Virus record (IMG/VR): IMGVR_UViG_3300020190_000042
Span: 1-64,000 of that record
Length of the DNA: 64,000 bases
Reading direction: 5' to 3' (one strand)
From: a virus
The notes beneath the pieces are model-generated. The model searched no databases. It was not told the origin of the DNA and saw only the letters and a program-made list of their open reading frames with translations. Shown here in pieces: positions 17,769 through 28,109 of the stretch. Within the stretch, counting starts at the first letter, position 1. Each line of letters begins with the position of its first letter. The position numbers were made by a program, and so were the translations under genes.

Positions 17769-18182
17769 ATGAAACGTAAGCTTGTGCGGTCAAAAGTTGG
17801 TTCCTATTGGTGTTCGCTTTACGCCAATCAGATTGAATCGGATGTTTGGAACATAGGTCTCATCGTTAATAAATCCAAGCGGGCAAGTAACGACTGGTTT
17901 GAGCGGCGTCAAAACAAACGAAGCCGAAGAGCAGCAAGCGAACGAAAGAAAAAATCTCTAAGGCAATTTAAAAGTTGCGTAGACAACCTCTTCGTCTTGC
18001 TACGTCAGCTCCCCGCAGGTGTCCACGCGGTGATAATTAATGATTTTCAGAAGGCCAGAGCGCTGTCCAAATATGTTGAGCGCTTTGGTTTTATGCCGAT
18101 TCCGAAGGGTGATCAGCTTGTGTGGGTTCTAACAGCTCAGAAAAGGGAGGAAGTTCTACGCCCGTCCAAACACACCACCTAA
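17769..18182 (+). CDS. Hypothetical basic protein
   Basis: 137-aa ORF. Confidence 0.6.
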   Translation: MKRKLVRSKVGSYWCSLYANQIESDVWNIGLIVNKSKRASNDWFERRQNKRSRRAASERKKKSLRQFKSCVDNLFVLLRQLPAGVHAVIINDFQKARALSKYVERFGFMPIPKGDQLVWVLTAQKREEVLRPSKHTT

Positions 18183-18339
18183 CTAACTGAGAAAATAAAT
18201 GCCCCTTGAGTTGGTACTGCTGGTGGATTGCCTCAAAGATCTCTAACAAATCATCTTTATCTAACTTACGGGCATCCATCATTACGCGCTGGTGCATAAA
18301 ACTCTGCTCAGGCGTAAACCACTCAAGATTTAACATAAT
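18091..18339 (-). CDS. nblA: NblA-like phycobilisome degradation protein (copy 1)
   Basis: FTPEQSFMHQRVMMDARKLDKDDLLEIFEAIHQQYQLKGHLFSQLV matches the NblA L[ST]xEQxF two-helix pattern. Confidence 0.65.
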   Translation of the reverse strand: MMLNLEWFTPEQSFMHQRVMMDARKLDKDDLLEIFEAIHQQYQLKGHLFSQLVRWCVWTGVELPPFSELLEPTQADHPSESA

Positions 18340-18429
18340 CTTTAGAGCGTACATAGCTACTTTAGTCATTATTTACTGGACGCGCCCGACTGGACTGGCT
18401 AAGCTCAGCAGACCCTGATTTCCCGGGTA

Positions 18430-18969
18430 GTGGACGACTTCTACAGCATCCCAAACGGCGTGACTCACGCGCTAATAAAACACAGTTACATCACAGGTAA
18501 AATTCTTGTTCCTCACGATCCACTCGGCGTCTTAAGCGACCAGCTTCAATCTCATAACTACACCGTTATCAGGAACGAAGACGAAAGCAACCTGACCGAT
18601 CCGATATGGTGGGTCTCGGAAAAACAGAAGGGTTATGACTGGGTAGTCGCCTGCACTATGGGTCTGCCTCAGTACAGCGAATACATCCTCGAATACGGAA
18701 TCCAGATTGCGACTCAGGGCATCGCAGTATTGGATCGGCTTTCGTTCATTGAACCTGTCGCCCGACGCAAGACGTTCTTGCTGAAGAACAAGCTCAGCAA
18801 CATGATCGTGCTCAATCCACGCCCGAAGTTCAGAGCAATGGGTAGCACTAGAGACTCAGTAACTAGCTGCTGGTTTTTATTCCAAACTCCCGAAACCTGG
18901 CGCGATGGCACTCAAGTGACATTTGGCTTAGATTGGGACCGCGTTGATCCGTTGCCTCCTTTAGAGTAA
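18430..18969 (+). CDS. Degenerate N6-adenine methyltransferase-like protein
   Basis: DDFYSIP, DWVV, LDRLSFIEP and DSVTSCWF scaffold retained; motif I reads VPHDPLG and motif IV reads ACTMG. Confidence 0.65.
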   Translation: MDDFYSIPNGVTHALIKHSYITGKILVPHDPLGVLSDQLQSHNYTVIRNEDESNLTDPIWWVSEKQKGYDWVVACTMGLPQYSEYILEYGIQIATQGIAVLDRLSFIEPVARRKTFLLKNKLSNMIVLNPRPKFRAMGSTRDSVTSCWFLFQTPETWRDGTQVTFGLDWDRVDPLPPLE

Positions 18970-19334
18970 TGACATCAAGATCACATAAGTTCGAGGCATT
19001 TCAGAAGTCCATCTTTGAGCAACTGATAGAAACCAACGCCAAACTTGACAAGATCTGTGCTTTATTGGTTTCCAATCAGCTCTTACAAGAATGCGTATCC
19101 CCTGAGGGAGAAGCTCGATCTGCCGTTGACTGCGCGGAGATTGTTACTGAAAGTTTTTGCGCAGGCATGTGCCTCTCCGAAGACCTGAATTCACGCAGCA
19201 AAGAATTCGAATATCAGAAATCTGAATTCTTTGTGGACTCAGATGAAGACGAAAAGATTGAAGAAGACAGCGAAGAACATAATGACGATGATGATAACTC
19301 TCCGCCGCGACACCCTTCTCTGACTTTTAGATAA
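18969..19334 (+). CDS. Hypothetical protein with acidic tail
   Basis: 121 aa, coupled start. Confidence 0.7.
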   Translation: MTSRSHKFEAFQKSIFEQLIETNAKLDKICALLVSNQLLQECVSPEGEARSAVDCAEIVTESFCAGMCLSEDLNSRSKEFEYQKSEFFVDSDEDEKIEEDSEEHNDDDDNSPPRHPSLTFR

Positions 19335-19370
19335 AAACAAGTTAGTATCTGTTTAATTCGACACAAATTT

Positions 19371-20150
19371 GTGTCTCAAACACGGCTAACTCTTAAGGGT
19401 CTACGGCACTACAATTGCGCTGGTGTTCCAAAACCGCTACCTTCGGTAACGAGCATTTTATCGGCCACGCAATCGGAGGAGACGCGTAAAAAACTTGCGC
19501 ACTGGAACATCATGAATCCAGGTGCGCTTGAAAACGCTGCTGCGCGTGGGACATTCATCCACAACGCGGTCGAAAATTGGATACGCGGGTTGCGTGTCGA
19601 ACCGCCGCGTGAGTACATGCCCTACTGGGAAGGGATGCCGGCAAAACTAGAGGAGTTGCTAAACGAAGGCAAGGTCCTTTGGTCCGAAAAACCCTACAAC
19701 CAGCCTCAATGGTCCCGCTATACGGGTGAGGATGGCGTGGGTCGAATCCATTACTACGACAAAAACACCGGCTATGGTTACGCCGGTTGCTGCGATATTA
19801 TTTACGTTGACGGAAACGGGGAGATAATTCTGGGGGATTTTAAAACCTCAGCTGGTCCGTACAGTTATCGGTTCCCACGTGCAGACTCAAAGCTCGACGA
19901 TAAAACTCGTAAAGCTTTGATCTCAGGAGTCTTCAAACTTAAGAAAACCCAGCTTCAATTAGCAGCATATAAGATTGCTGCCGAGAGTTGTTTAGGTATA
20001 AAGATTGATAAGACTCAAATTATTGTCTCAACTCCGAGCCCAGAATATTCCGTTCAAGTATTTACTTTCGGTAAGAACGATGTGGAAAAACACGAGGTTC
20101 AGTGGATGGAAGTCATCAAACAATTTTACGAATTACAAAAAGCGATTTAA
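19371..20150 (+). CDS. PD-(D/E)xK exonuclease
   Basis: LPSVTSILS, RGTFIH, SEK, YAGCCD, GDFKTS, QLAAY. Confidence 0.88.
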   Translation: MSQTRLTLKGLRHYNCAGVPKPLPSVTSILSATQSEETRKKLAHWNIMNPGALENAAARGTFIHNAVENWIRGLRVEPPREYMPYWEGMPAKLEELLNEGKVLWSEKPYNQPQWSRYTGEDGVGRIHYYDKNTGYGYAGCCDIIYVDGNGEIILGDFKTSAGPYSYRFPRADSKLDDKTRKALISGVFKLKKTQLQLAAYKIAAESCLGIKIDKTQIIVSTPSPEYSVQVFTFGKNDVEKHEVQWMEVIKQFYELQKAI

Positions 20151-20210
20151 AGGTTTCTTCTGTGGCCACGCGGGGTCGCGCGTGTCACAATAGCGGGGCG
20201 GGATCAAGCG

Positions 20211-22964
20211 ATGAAGTTTTATTACAGCCGAAATAAAGAGGTCCGGAATCACGTCAACTCTCGGACCGGCAAAATCTCGGCTGGCGGCAACTTCAAAGCA
20301 TTCAACGAGAACTGGGAGGCTCAGACCGATACCGTCCAGGCTATTGCTGATAACGTCACGGAAGGCCATGGTCTGTGTGCGTGGCACCTTAACGACGGTA
20401 AAAGATCGCGAAACGAAACCGGTTGTATAAAAGCTGGTCTGTTAATTATCGACGTTGATAATCAAGCTGACGGTAAAGATAAAGATGGAAACAAAATACA
20501 AGATCAACAGTTAGATGAAACTCAAGCACTCGAATTAGAGATCTGCAAAAAATATCTGAGCTTTGCATATTACTCGCCAAGTAATGAAGAAGGCTGGCCT
20601 AGGTTTCGTTTAGTTTTCGGCTTAGAAAAAGAGATTATCGATACTGGGTTTTATCAGTGGCTAACTCGGGAAATCTCTAAACAGATCCCAGGCTCAGATA
20701 TCCGCGCAACGCAAGTACCGAACCTGTTTTACGGAGCAAAAGAAAATTCAAAACTTATTTATATAAGTAAGAACTACATACCAGCTAGCAAAATTGACGA
20801 GGCAAACCAAAAATATTTATCTCTACCTAAAGACACAACTGATCGCGGGGGTGCCCACGAAGCTCTGGAAGCCCGTGTGGATCCTACGGGAGTCAACCTT
20901 GAGCAGCTCTTAGCTGCAAGCGTTCGAGGCATCCTCGACGGCGAAGAGGTCGAAGATCGATCCTTTGCCATGGCGGCGGCACTGAAGGAGATAATCGGCT
21001 GGTGTAACTGGCTGAACGAAGCGGGGGTTGCGGTTCGTAAACACCCCCTTGACACAGCGAACCAAGTGTTCGAGAATATCTACGAGTACGACCCCCAACT
21101 CGACGGCAAATTTGACCGGATCCTAGGCAGCATCACGGATGTTGCTTCCCTCAAGCCAGCGATCTCGATTGCATCGGAATCAGGGGAGGTAGCAATCTGG
21201 AAAAAGATAAAAACGCAAGATCGCGTTTTGTTTGATGCCGTTTGCCCAGATACGGTTAAAAATCAACTTAAAAGTCAGAAACCGAAGCCTTCAAACTCAA
21301 TCCTGACGTTTGAAGACCCAACATTAACACCTCAAATTACATCAACAAAAACAACGGATACTCCTATGGCACCCACGCCAACTCCTTCTTCCCCTGCTCA
21401 ACTCGTTCAGCTTCAGTCCAACAACAAACAGTTCTCAGAGAACGACATTGCCGACGTAATCGTCAACAATTACGGCGATAAGTTCTTGTTCGATTCCAGC
21501 TTGGATGAGTTCTTCGCGTACGACGAAGATGAGGGTATATGGTACATAAACGACGAACATCACATTAAGCGCCGTATTGTAAAAACTCTGGACACCTTTG
21601 TCACCGCAGGGGTTTTGCCAAAGTACAACTCAGCTACTGTCAGCTCTGTCTTCCATATCCTTAAGGCAAAGCTGCTGAAGTCCATTGACGGCGGACGCAG
21701 CTCAATCTGGAAGGCGGGACGCGGCAAAATCGCTTTTAGAAACGGCGTCTTCGACACCAAAGATCAATCTTTTAAAGACGGCAATCAGAAAGATCTGTTC
21801 TTTCAGACGAAACTTGCCTACGATTTTGACCTCAGTGCCACGTGCCCCGAGTTTTTAAAGTGGCTCGGATGGGCTGTCGGAAGTGACAAAGTAGTCTTAA
21901 TCCGGGCTTACTGCCGTGCTGTTCTGACGGGCTATACAACAGGCGAGAAGTTTCTGCACCTGATCGGCGCGGGTGGCTCGGGTAAATCCACGCTGCAGCA
22001 GGTGCTAATTGCGCTTGCTGGTTTCAGCGGCACTCACACCAGTGATCTTGAAACGATCGAGACAAACCGATTCGAGGCTCATAGCTTGATCGGTAAGCGC
22101 CTGTTGCTACTGACGGACGAAGCTTCGTTCAGCAAACGTTTGGACACTCTTAAGAAACTTACCTCCGCATCTGACACCCTGCGCGCAGAACGTAAGTACG
22201 GTACTCAAGTTATAAACTTTAAACCCGAACTGCTGGTCTCGATCGCAAGTAACGAGCACATCAGCTCCTCGGACATCAGTAGCGGTCTTGAGCGTCGGCG
22301 TCTGACGATCGTGATGAACAACGTTGTGCCGCCATCACAAAGGCGAGATCTGATTAGTGTGTACTCCGATAGAGTCGAAGGTGAGCTTGCCCCTGAGCTG
22401 CCGGGAATCGCTGCCTGGGCACTCAACATGCCGATCGACGAGATGCGCGAGGTGTTGGCCAACCCCGTCAAGTTCTGTCCACATCTGAACGCTACGAACC
22501 TGGAAGCTCTGGTATTCAACAACCCGATTTGCGCATGGCTTGCAGAATGCTGCTTGTACGCTCCCAATAGTCACACCACGCTCGGCGGTGGCGCTTTCCG
22601 ACCCAGCATTGACGAACAGGAACGCGGTCTTTACATCAAAAACGCGTATCAGGAGATTTACGCGTCCTACGCAAACTTCGCTAAGTCAAACGGATACAAG
22701 GCTGCAGCTAAACCACGTTTTGTGGATCGTTTAAAAGAAACTGTAAACAACGTGCTCAAGATTCCTGGTGTTGAGCCCAAGTTTGTAAATGGTCGTGCGG
22801 TTGTTAAAGGTCTAAGACTGAAACCTTATGACATGACGACAGATCGGGCATCCTGCGGTGACACGCGTCTGCCGTCACCTATAGAATACGCGTCGAATCC
22901 AAATCTTTGGGACGCTGCTTTTGCAGCACACGATACACCAAAACAAGACGACACCATTAATTGA
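20211..22964 (+). CDS. Primase-helicase (N-terminal primase-like domain plus D5/P4-type SF3 helicase)
   Basis: IIDVDN and YYSPS...RFRLVF primase motifs; Walker A GAGGSGKST, LTDE, ASN. Confidence 0.92.
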   Translation: MKFYYSRNKEVRNHVNSRTGKISAGGNFKAFNENWEAQTDTVQAIADNVTEGHGLCAWHLNDGKRSRNETGCIKAGLLIIDVDNQADGKDKDGNKIQDQQLDETQALELEICKKYLSFAYYSPSNEEGWPRFRLVFGLEKEIIDTGFYQWLTREISKQIPGSDIRATQVPNLFYGAKENSKLIYISKNYIPASKIDEANQKYLSLPKDTTDRGGAHEALEARVDPTGVNLEQLLAASVRGILDGEEVEDRSFAMAAALKEIIGWCNWLNEAGVAVRKHPLDTANQVFENIYEYDPQLDGKFDRILGSITDVASLKPAISIASESGEVAIWKKIKTQDRVLFDAVCPDTVKNQLKSQKPKPSNSILTFEDPTLTPQITSTKTTDTPMAPTPTPSSPAQLVQLQSNNKQFSENDIADVIVNNYGDKFLFDSSLDEFFAYDEDEGIWYINDEHHIKRRIVKTLDTFVTAGVLPKYNSATVSSVFHILKAKLLKSIDGGRSSIWKAGRGKIAFRNGVFDTKDQSFKDGNQKDLFFQTKLAYDFDLSATCPEFLKWLGWAVGSDKVVLIRAYCRAVLTGYTTGEKFLHLIGAGGSGKSTLQQVLIALAGFSGTHTSDLETIETNRFEAHSLIGKRLLLLTDEASFSKRLDTLKKLTSASDTLRAERKYGTQVINFKPELLVSIASNEHISSSDISSGLERRRLTIVMNNVVPPSQRRDLISVYSDRVEGELAPELPGIAAWALNMPIDEMREVLANPVKFCPHLNATNLEALVFNNPICAWLAECCLYAPNSHTTLGGGAFRPSIDEQERGLYIKNAYQEIYASYANFAKSNGYKAAAKPRFVDRLKETVNNVLKIPGVEPKFVNGRAVVKGLRLKPYDMTTDRASCGDTRLPSPIEYASNPNLWDAAFAAHDTPKQDDTIN

Positions 22965-22965
22965 C

Positions 22966-23532
22966 ATGATCGGCAAAACATTTGGTGCCATTATTGGACT
23001 CGGTGCAGCCTCCAGCATCACAGCTTTAGTGCTTGCACCGTCTCTTTATCCCGCGAGCATGGCAGCCATGGGCGGTGCGCTGGGCGGAGCTGCAGTAGTG
23101 AACGAATCAAGGCGACGCCGAGAGCAAACCGTTGTAGAGGCAACCCGAGTGGCTGCCGCCTTCAACGGTCTTTATGAAATCAACAAGGGTCTGGTGAGTC
23201 CACAGCAGCTTAGTTTTATGTGCGGGGTGCCGATCCAAAAGACGACTATTTTTCTAAAAGCTCTTTGCGAGCAACAAGGTGGAAAGCATATCCCTACAGA
23301 ACGCGGCGAGGTATTTAACTTCCCGCATCCTACCAGCGTGTTAGATCAATTGACCTCGAATGCGCAAGCGTGGGCCAAGAGTCAGACGGATCCTTTGCTG
23401 CAAGAGAATGCAACCCTTAAAATCGAAGTGTTGCGCCTCAACGCAGTCCTTAGCCGTCAGCCGTCTCAGATACAACCAAAACCATTAAATAATTCTGAAG
23501 AACAAGTTGACCCTTGGAATAAGCTCTTATGA
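22966..23532 (+). CDS. Membrane-anchored hypothetical protein
   Basis: Two N-terminal hydrophobic segments; start ATG 22966. Confidence 0.75.
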   Translation: MIGKTFGAIIGLGAASSITALVLAPSLYPASMAAMGGALGGAAVVNESRRRREQTVVEATRVAAAFNGLYEINKGLVSPQQLSFMCGVPIQKTTIFLKALCEQQGGKHIPTERGEVFNFPHPTSVLDQLTSNAQAWAKSQTDPLLQENATLKIEVLRLNAVLSRQPSQIQPKPLNNSEEQVDPWNKLL

Positions 23533-23558
23533 TAAAGGAACGCGCGAAGGCGAGTATG

Positions 23559-23582
23559 AGCCGGGCCTAATTAAGCCCGGCT
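23559..23582. terminator. Hairpin between convergent genes
   Basis: AGCCGGGC-CTAATTAA-GCCCGGCT. Confidence 0.6.
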
Positions 23583-23588
23583 TTCGCT

Positions 23589-24296
23589 TTAGAGATAATT
23601 CCAGCCAGCTAATCCAGAGTTGCTGTCCTGCAAAGCCGCTTCCAGCAGAGCATCGCGTATAACGGGAACTTGCTTGCCAATAAGCTGCCCGACTTGCTGA
23701 GCGATTAAACGGTGCTCTTGTTGCGTCCCAGGCGCATTCCGCAACCCGACATAAAAGATCCAACTACGAAGCGTGCCCATCATGTGAAGGCGGGTCGGAA
23801 CGCACATCAACAAAATGTTACGGGCACATTCCTTCGCCACGCCTGCGTTAACCATCTCGGCGTACAGGTCCTGAGATTCCTCAAACAGATCAATAATTCG
23901 CTGCCGGAAACCGCGCTCCGCTTGATCGTCATCAAAGGCAAAGCTGTTTTGTCGATTTTTAAGATCCTGCGCCCGAAGCTCGAATAGCGGAGCGTCATCG
24001 ACGACCTGTTCAAGGACATCAGAGGGATCGCAATACCTTTGGCTCGTTTCCTGGAAAGTGAAGGAGCGGTGCCTAATGATCTGTGGCGAAATTGCCCGAG
24101 TCGTAATAATCTCAAACGAAGCACAAACCTGCTCAAACACACTCCAATGACCGTGTTTGATGCAGTAGTTCAGGAGACGGACCGCTTCCCCACGGTCTGG
24201 ATCTTTCGTGGAAACCCGGGCGTGGGCGGCAACAATCCGCTCAGCTTCCGGGGTTATCCAATCAAGACAAACCGAATGAAGCTTATTGCTCGCCAC
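23589..24296 (-). CDS. thyX: FAD-dependent thymidylate synthase
   Basis: HWSVFEQ, QIIRHRSFTFQETSQRY, KECARNIL. Confidence 0.96.
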   Translation of the reverse strand: MASNKLHSVCLDWITPEAERIVAAHARVSTKDPDRGEAVRLLNYCIKHGHWSVFEQVCASFEIITTRAISPQIIRHRSFTFQETSQRYCDPSDVLEQVVDDAPLFELRAQDLKNRQNSFAFDDDQAERGFRQRIIDLFEESQDLYAEMVNAGVAKECARNILLMCVPTRLHMMGTLRSWIFYVGLRNAPGTQQEHRLIAQQVGQLIGKQVPVIRDALLEAALQDSNSGLAGWNYL

Positions 24297-24447
24297 CGTG
24301 TTTGATTACTTTTGACCCAGGAATAATAGCCTCAGTAATACGCTCTACCAACCCCGGATTCCGTTTGGGTAGTTCCCCAGCCATACGCTGAGTCACGTAG
24401 GGCATCGAGGCGGGATCAGTCTGAGTGGCGGGTCCGGCGAAACGCAT
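24283..24447 (-). CDS. Small protein (54 aa, not in track) with two R-[FM]-AG motifs
   Basis: MRFAGPATQTDPASMPYVTQRMAGELPKRNPG... Confidence 0.65.
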   Translation of the reverse strand: MRFAGPATQTDPASMPYVTQRMAGELPKRNPGLVERITEAIIPGSKVIKHGGEQ

Positions 24448-24449
24448 TG

Positions 24450-24581
24450 TCAGGTCCTGGGAAAAGCTTCTTGGTAACGAAGACGGCGGGTAACTTCAGA
24501 GGGAGTAATCCCAGCCAGCTTGTACGGTTCTAAACCGAGGCGCTGACCGGCCATCCGAATCGGAAAATCGGTGTCCCTCAT
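24450..24581 (-). CDS. Small protein (43 aa, not in track) with RMAG motif
   Basis: MRDTDFPIRMAGQRLGLEPYKLAG...; ATGA coupling with 24578..25072. Confidence 0.65.
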   Translation of the reverse strand: MRDTDFPIRMAGQRLGLEPYKLAGITPSEVTRRLRYQEAFPRT

Positions 24582-25072
24582 TTGCCTTTTTGTAATTTAG
24601 CGCGAGCAATTGACATCAAATTATCCATCATGTTATGCGTACTTAAAGGATAATCGGTCTGTTGCAGATGAGTATTTAAGAAGTTTTGTTTCGCGCCAGC
24701 CAACGCAGCTTGCATACGCATCCGCTGTTGGGGAGAGCCCTGCTGCAGCGACATCAAATACTGCGACTGACTCATGTCATCGGGACTATCCGGCAGAGGA
24801 ATAGCCTTTTGGTTATAACCAGCGGGACCGGTCAGCGCAGTGCTTTTTTTGATATTGCCCTCAGCGTATTCGACGGGTCCCACGGGGGGCCGGACATATG
24901 CACCGCGATCATGCTCCAGTTGAGAAGCAATACGGTTGGCATTATCGAGCTGAGCGACACGACGGATGCCCAGCAGGGGCTCTTGATTAATCCCGCCAAG
25001 ACCAGGAGGCGCCATCAACATGGCCTGGTTCTCGGGGATTTTATTGGGCCCTGAGCCGGGTAAAATCGCCAC
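24578..25072 (-). CDS. Hypothetical, probably internal virion protein
   Basis: 164 aa, rich in Q/P/M/G. Confidence 0.7.
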   Translation of the reverse strand: MAILPGSGPNKIPENQAMLMAPPGLGGINQEPLLGIRRVAQLDNANRIASQLEHDRGAYVRPPVGPVEYAEGNIKKSTALTGPAGYNQKAIPLPDSPDDMSQSQYLMSLQQGSPQQRMRMQAALAGAKQNFLNTHLQQTDYPLSTHNMMDNLMSIARAKLQKGK

Positions 25073-25296
25073 TACTGATCGCTCCTGTTAGCCGAACGGT
25101 CTCTAACTCTTATATTACTCGAACTATTATTCAGCGGATTGTGATCTTTGTGATCAACATCTTTGCCGTCACCTTTGCTCACACGTCCGTCACGCTCTAA
25201 ATGACGACGAGCTTTGTTGCGTGCAGCCCGACGTTTTTTCTGTTCCGCAGTTCCGTGAAAAGAATCATACTCTTCGCGGTAGTCTCTGTCGGGCAC
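25072..25296 (-). CDS. Small HNH-family protein
   Basis: GDGKDVDHKDHNPLNNSSSNIRV...ANRS. Confidence 0.8.
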   Translation of the reverse strand: MPDRDYREEYDSFHGTAEQKKRRAARNKARRHLERDGRVSKGDGKDVDHKDHNPLNNSSSNIRVRDRSANRSDQ

Positions 25297-25310
25297 GAAA
25301 TTACTTATTC

Positions 25311-25547
25311 TTAACTAATTGTAGGTACAGGGAACAGCCACGGCTTACCAAATCGCTGGTCTTGAGAATCAAGGCGACTATGGTCCCGAACGAACTCTGC
25401 CAGATCGCGCTGATATTGCTGAAACAGCCCTGTATAACAGTAGTCACTGGGGGTATAAAACTCATAAAGTTCATCCAAGAACTCAGTTTTCGACTGCTCC
25501 CAGGAGGTGTCCCAGGTAGTCAGGACCTGTTCTAAGTCAAATGCCAC
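25311..25547 (-). CDS. Hypothetical protein
   Basis: 78-aa ORF. Confidence 0.65.
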   Translation of the reverse strand: MAFDLEQVLTTWDTSWEQSKTEFLDELYEFYTPSDYCYTGLFQQYQRDLAEFVRDHSRLDSQDQRFGKPWLFPVPTIS

Positions 25548-25741
25548 GGTGAGTTTGTAAGCGAGAATACGTGAGCATCACGAGTCTAAGCAGACCCGTA
25601 AAAGAGTTTGGCGATAATTCATCATTCGCGCCATTTCACGGGTCTCTAGATCCCCTAACGGGCTGTTATCTTCGTCCCAGTTAAAGGTCTTAAAGTCGGC
25701 ACGTTGCTGAGCGCAACGCTCAATATTTCTCCAGTCAATCA

Positions 25742-26980
25742 TCATTTGTAAGCTTTAATGTACCAACCACTGTGAGGCGACTCCACTAGCCACCGGGGAC
25801 CCAGGTTTTTCTTTGAGTAGGACTTGGCGTTCCCGTTGGTGGATTCGTATCCTCCACGAATTAGGTTAAGGTCGCCGAAGGGATCGTGGACAATATATGC
25901 GGTTCCGCTTTCATTGCGTCCGATAACGATGATCCAATGACCCCCGCCGGTGGGGTTATCGACGGAACCCTTATGAAGGATCCCGATGGGAACAGGGATA
26001 CCTTTATCTAACTGTTCATCAAGCGAGGCCCAGCTTCCGTTTTGTTTAAAGTCGGCTTTCACTCCGTAATCTTCTAAAGCTGCGAGCTGCGCAGCGGCAG
26101 ACGTAGTATCTCCGTTTTTATATACCGTATTTATATACTCATCATCTGATTTAATACTATTAGGTTTTAGATACTTCAGCAGCATCGCGCAGGAACTTGA
26201 GAAACAAGTCCGCATCGGATCCCGCTGATTATCTCGTTGAGAATAATACGGGACGTTTAAGATCCGAGGTGCTGCCTCTGTAGGTTCCGTCACCTCAGGT
26301 TTGGGGTCGTTAATAATCTTCCAATGGCTGGGATAAAACCACCACGGCTTGTCGGGCTGCGCTTCAAGTTGCACACGATAATGAGTCGCACCCGGGACCA
26401 TTGTGATGGTCTGCCAAACGTGGGCGGAACCCTTGGGCACAAAGAGTTTTTCTTCGGCGGCAAGCGCACTGGATGCGAGAGGTTTGCGTTTCAACCACGT
26501 GTCGCGCTGAGCCAAAATCGAGTGCGCCAAAGCCGCGTTTAAAGGCTTTGATAAAAATAACTGCTTTTCCTTCTCGCGCCGGATTTTTAATCCTTCGCTT
26601 ATTTTTCCGTCTTGGACCTTAACCCACCGCAAAAATTCGGACGCAACGATCTGTTTCGAACAGTTGTCATGCAGCAAACGCAATAATGTTGAGCTACCGA
26701 AAGCGCCGAGACCGACGTTATAGGCAAAGCTAACTAAAGCATCGAATTCGTTTTGATTAACCTTTACTTTTAAGTAATTGTTGACTCCCTGCTCAAAAAC
26801 CTGTAAGTCCTCTTCAAACAAACGATCCGCTTCTTCTTTTGTGATACGCATTTGGGGGCCGATCTCAGGGCCGGTCGTACCGTATCCAATAGTCCAGATT
26901 CCGGCCTGGCATTGATACGAAACTAACTCAAGCCCTTCGAATTTCTTTATAAAGTCGACCCCGCTTGAGGAGACTTTCAT
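25742..26980 (-). CDS. Endolysin: GH24 lysozyme plus C39-like peptidase
   Basis: FIKKFEG...AGIWTIGYG...FDALVSFAYNVG; LNVPYYSQRDN...CFSSSCAM...GHW...HDP. Confidence 0.9.
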   Translation of the reverse strand: MKVSSSGVDFIKKFEGLELVSYQCQAGIWTIGYGTTGPEIGPQMRITKEEADRLFEEDLQVFEQGVNNYLKVKVNQNEFDALVSFAYNVGLGAFGSSTLLRLLHDNCSKQIVASEFLRWVKVQDGKISEGLKIRREKEKQLFLSKPLNAALAHSILAQRDTWLKRKPLASSALAAEEKLFVPKGSAHVWQTITMVPGATHYRVQLEAQPDKPWWFYPSHWKIINDPKPEVTEPTEAAPRILNVPYYSQRDNQRDPMRTCFSSSCAMLLKYLKPNSIKSDDEYINTVYKNGDTTSAAAQLAALEDYGVKADFKQNGSWASLDEQLDKGIPVPIGILHKGSVDNPTGGGHWIIVIGRNESGTAYIVHDPFGDLNLIRGGYESTNGNAKSYSKKNLGPRWLVESPHSGWYIKAYK

Positions 26981-27417
26981 CAGGTGCTGGTAACGTCGAT
27001 GCCCACGCGGTACTCGGCACCGCTACGTCCCTTCAGTTGAATGTAGGTGTAGAAAGCACCCGAGCTGTTGATCGTGGTGGAGCTAACAGCGGTAGCGCGG
27101 GTGCTGAACTTCGAGGGAGCAGCAGTCAGCACGCCCGAACCATAAGAATCTAAAACAATCACGTCTCCACAAGAGTTCTGATTGCGGATCGCCACGCGCA
27201 TGATGCCGGTAGCGTTTACGGTCAGTTGGTAATAATCGGAGATGCCGTAGATGCCATCAGCGGCGTATTCACGAGACGAGGCAGAGACAACAACCACACC
27301 GCTAGCATTCAGGGTCCGACGCTGATCGAAATGCGTGGACTCAGTGCGGCGGGAAGTATCAGTAATACCGCTATTAATAACGCCATCCAGCTCTAAGTTC
27401 TTGGTAAACTGTGACAT
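26980..27417 (-). CDS. Beta-rich, Ser-Gly-rich probable virion surface protein
   Basis: DYYQLTV...YRVGI beta-sandwich pattern; 5 SG dipeptides. Confidence 0.65.
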   Translation of the reverse strand: MSQFTKNLELDGVINSGITDTSRRTESTHFDQRRTLNASGVVVVSASSREYAADGIYGISDYYQLTVNATGIMRVAIRNQNSCGDVIVLDSYGSGVLTAAPSKFSTRATAVSSTTINSSGAFYTYIQLKGRSGAEYRVGIDVTST

Positions 27418-27509
27418 CAACGGTTCCTCACGATAGTTATATTTTAAGCGAAAATCCATGTTCGTTTATACCCGCCGCCAAGTAAAATTTATTTAGCAAA
27501 GCAGAAAGT

Positions 27510-27779
27510 GTGGGACCCGAGGCCTTGATTGCAGCATTTGCCACGCTGGCTGGTGTGCTTACGTGGTCTCATCAACAGAGACAAAACGTTTTAAATGAGC
27601 GGTTTAGCTCAATAAAGAAACGATTAGAGCAGGTAGAGAAAGATATAGTTGACTTCCCGCGTGTATATGCGTCCAAGACTGATCTTAATTCAGGATTAAT
27701 AGATATTAAAGATCGTTTAAACCATATTAATGACAAATTAGATCAATTAATACTGAGCAGAATCAATGAAAAACCCTAA
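27510..27779 (+). CDS. Membrane-anchored coiled-coil protein (lysis-associated candidate)
   Basis: N-terminal TM segment plus heptads ending INDKLDQLI. Confidence 0.6.
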   Translation: MGPEALIAAFATLAGVLTWSHQQRQNVLNERFSSIKKRLEQVEKDIVDFPRVYASKTDLNSGLIDIKDRLNHINDKLDQLILSRINEKP

Positions 27780-28080
27780 GTACAATTTTTGGTGTGCAGT
27801 AATTTATGAAATCGTAAACGCGTTTGCACAACACTACAAATCCTTAAGAACAAATAAAATTGTAAAATTACTTTTAAATTACTGTAAGCACGATTGGGTG
27901 CTTTGGAAGGTTGAATCTACGCTGCGGGATCTTGAGGTGCAGACTGAAAAAATAAAAAAGCAATGGGAGGCTCAAGAGCCTCCAAAATTCTCAATAATCG
28001 AGCACGAGCCCGATGGGTCAAAAGCTCAAGAGCTGCTCGGAGGCGCAATCGAAATCAAAAGTAATTTTAAACGCGACTGA
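27766..28080 (+). CDS. Hypothetical protein
   Basis: 104-aa ORF. Confidence 0.7.
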   Translation: MKNPKYNFWCAVIYEIVNAFAQHYKSLRTNKIVKLLLNYCKHDWVLWKVESTLRDLEVQTEKIKKQWEAQEPPKFSIIEHEPDGSKAQELLGGAIEIKSNFKRD

Positions 28081-28109
28081 CTAAACTTAAATAGAAGGGT
28101 TTATCACAT

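Noticed and set aside
19371-20150. Cas4 / CRISPR-associated nuclease
   Set aside because: Lacks the four-Cys Fe-S cluster pattern; an ordinary phage PD-(D/E)xK exonuclease in a replication context.
20163-20200. ACGCGGGG-containing hairpin upstream of the primase as another repeat copy
   Set aside because: Lacks the CTCCCGC arm; at most an unrelated local hairpin.
12395-22964. Inteins or introns in polA or the primase-helicase
   Set aside because: Lengths and motif spacing are normal, with no splice-junction motifs or frame breaks.
25592-25645. Long imperfect hairpin (AGACCCGT...ACGGGTCT) as an ncRNA
   Set aside because: It falls within a plausible ~54-aa minus-strand ORF (MIDWRNIER...) and has no other support.
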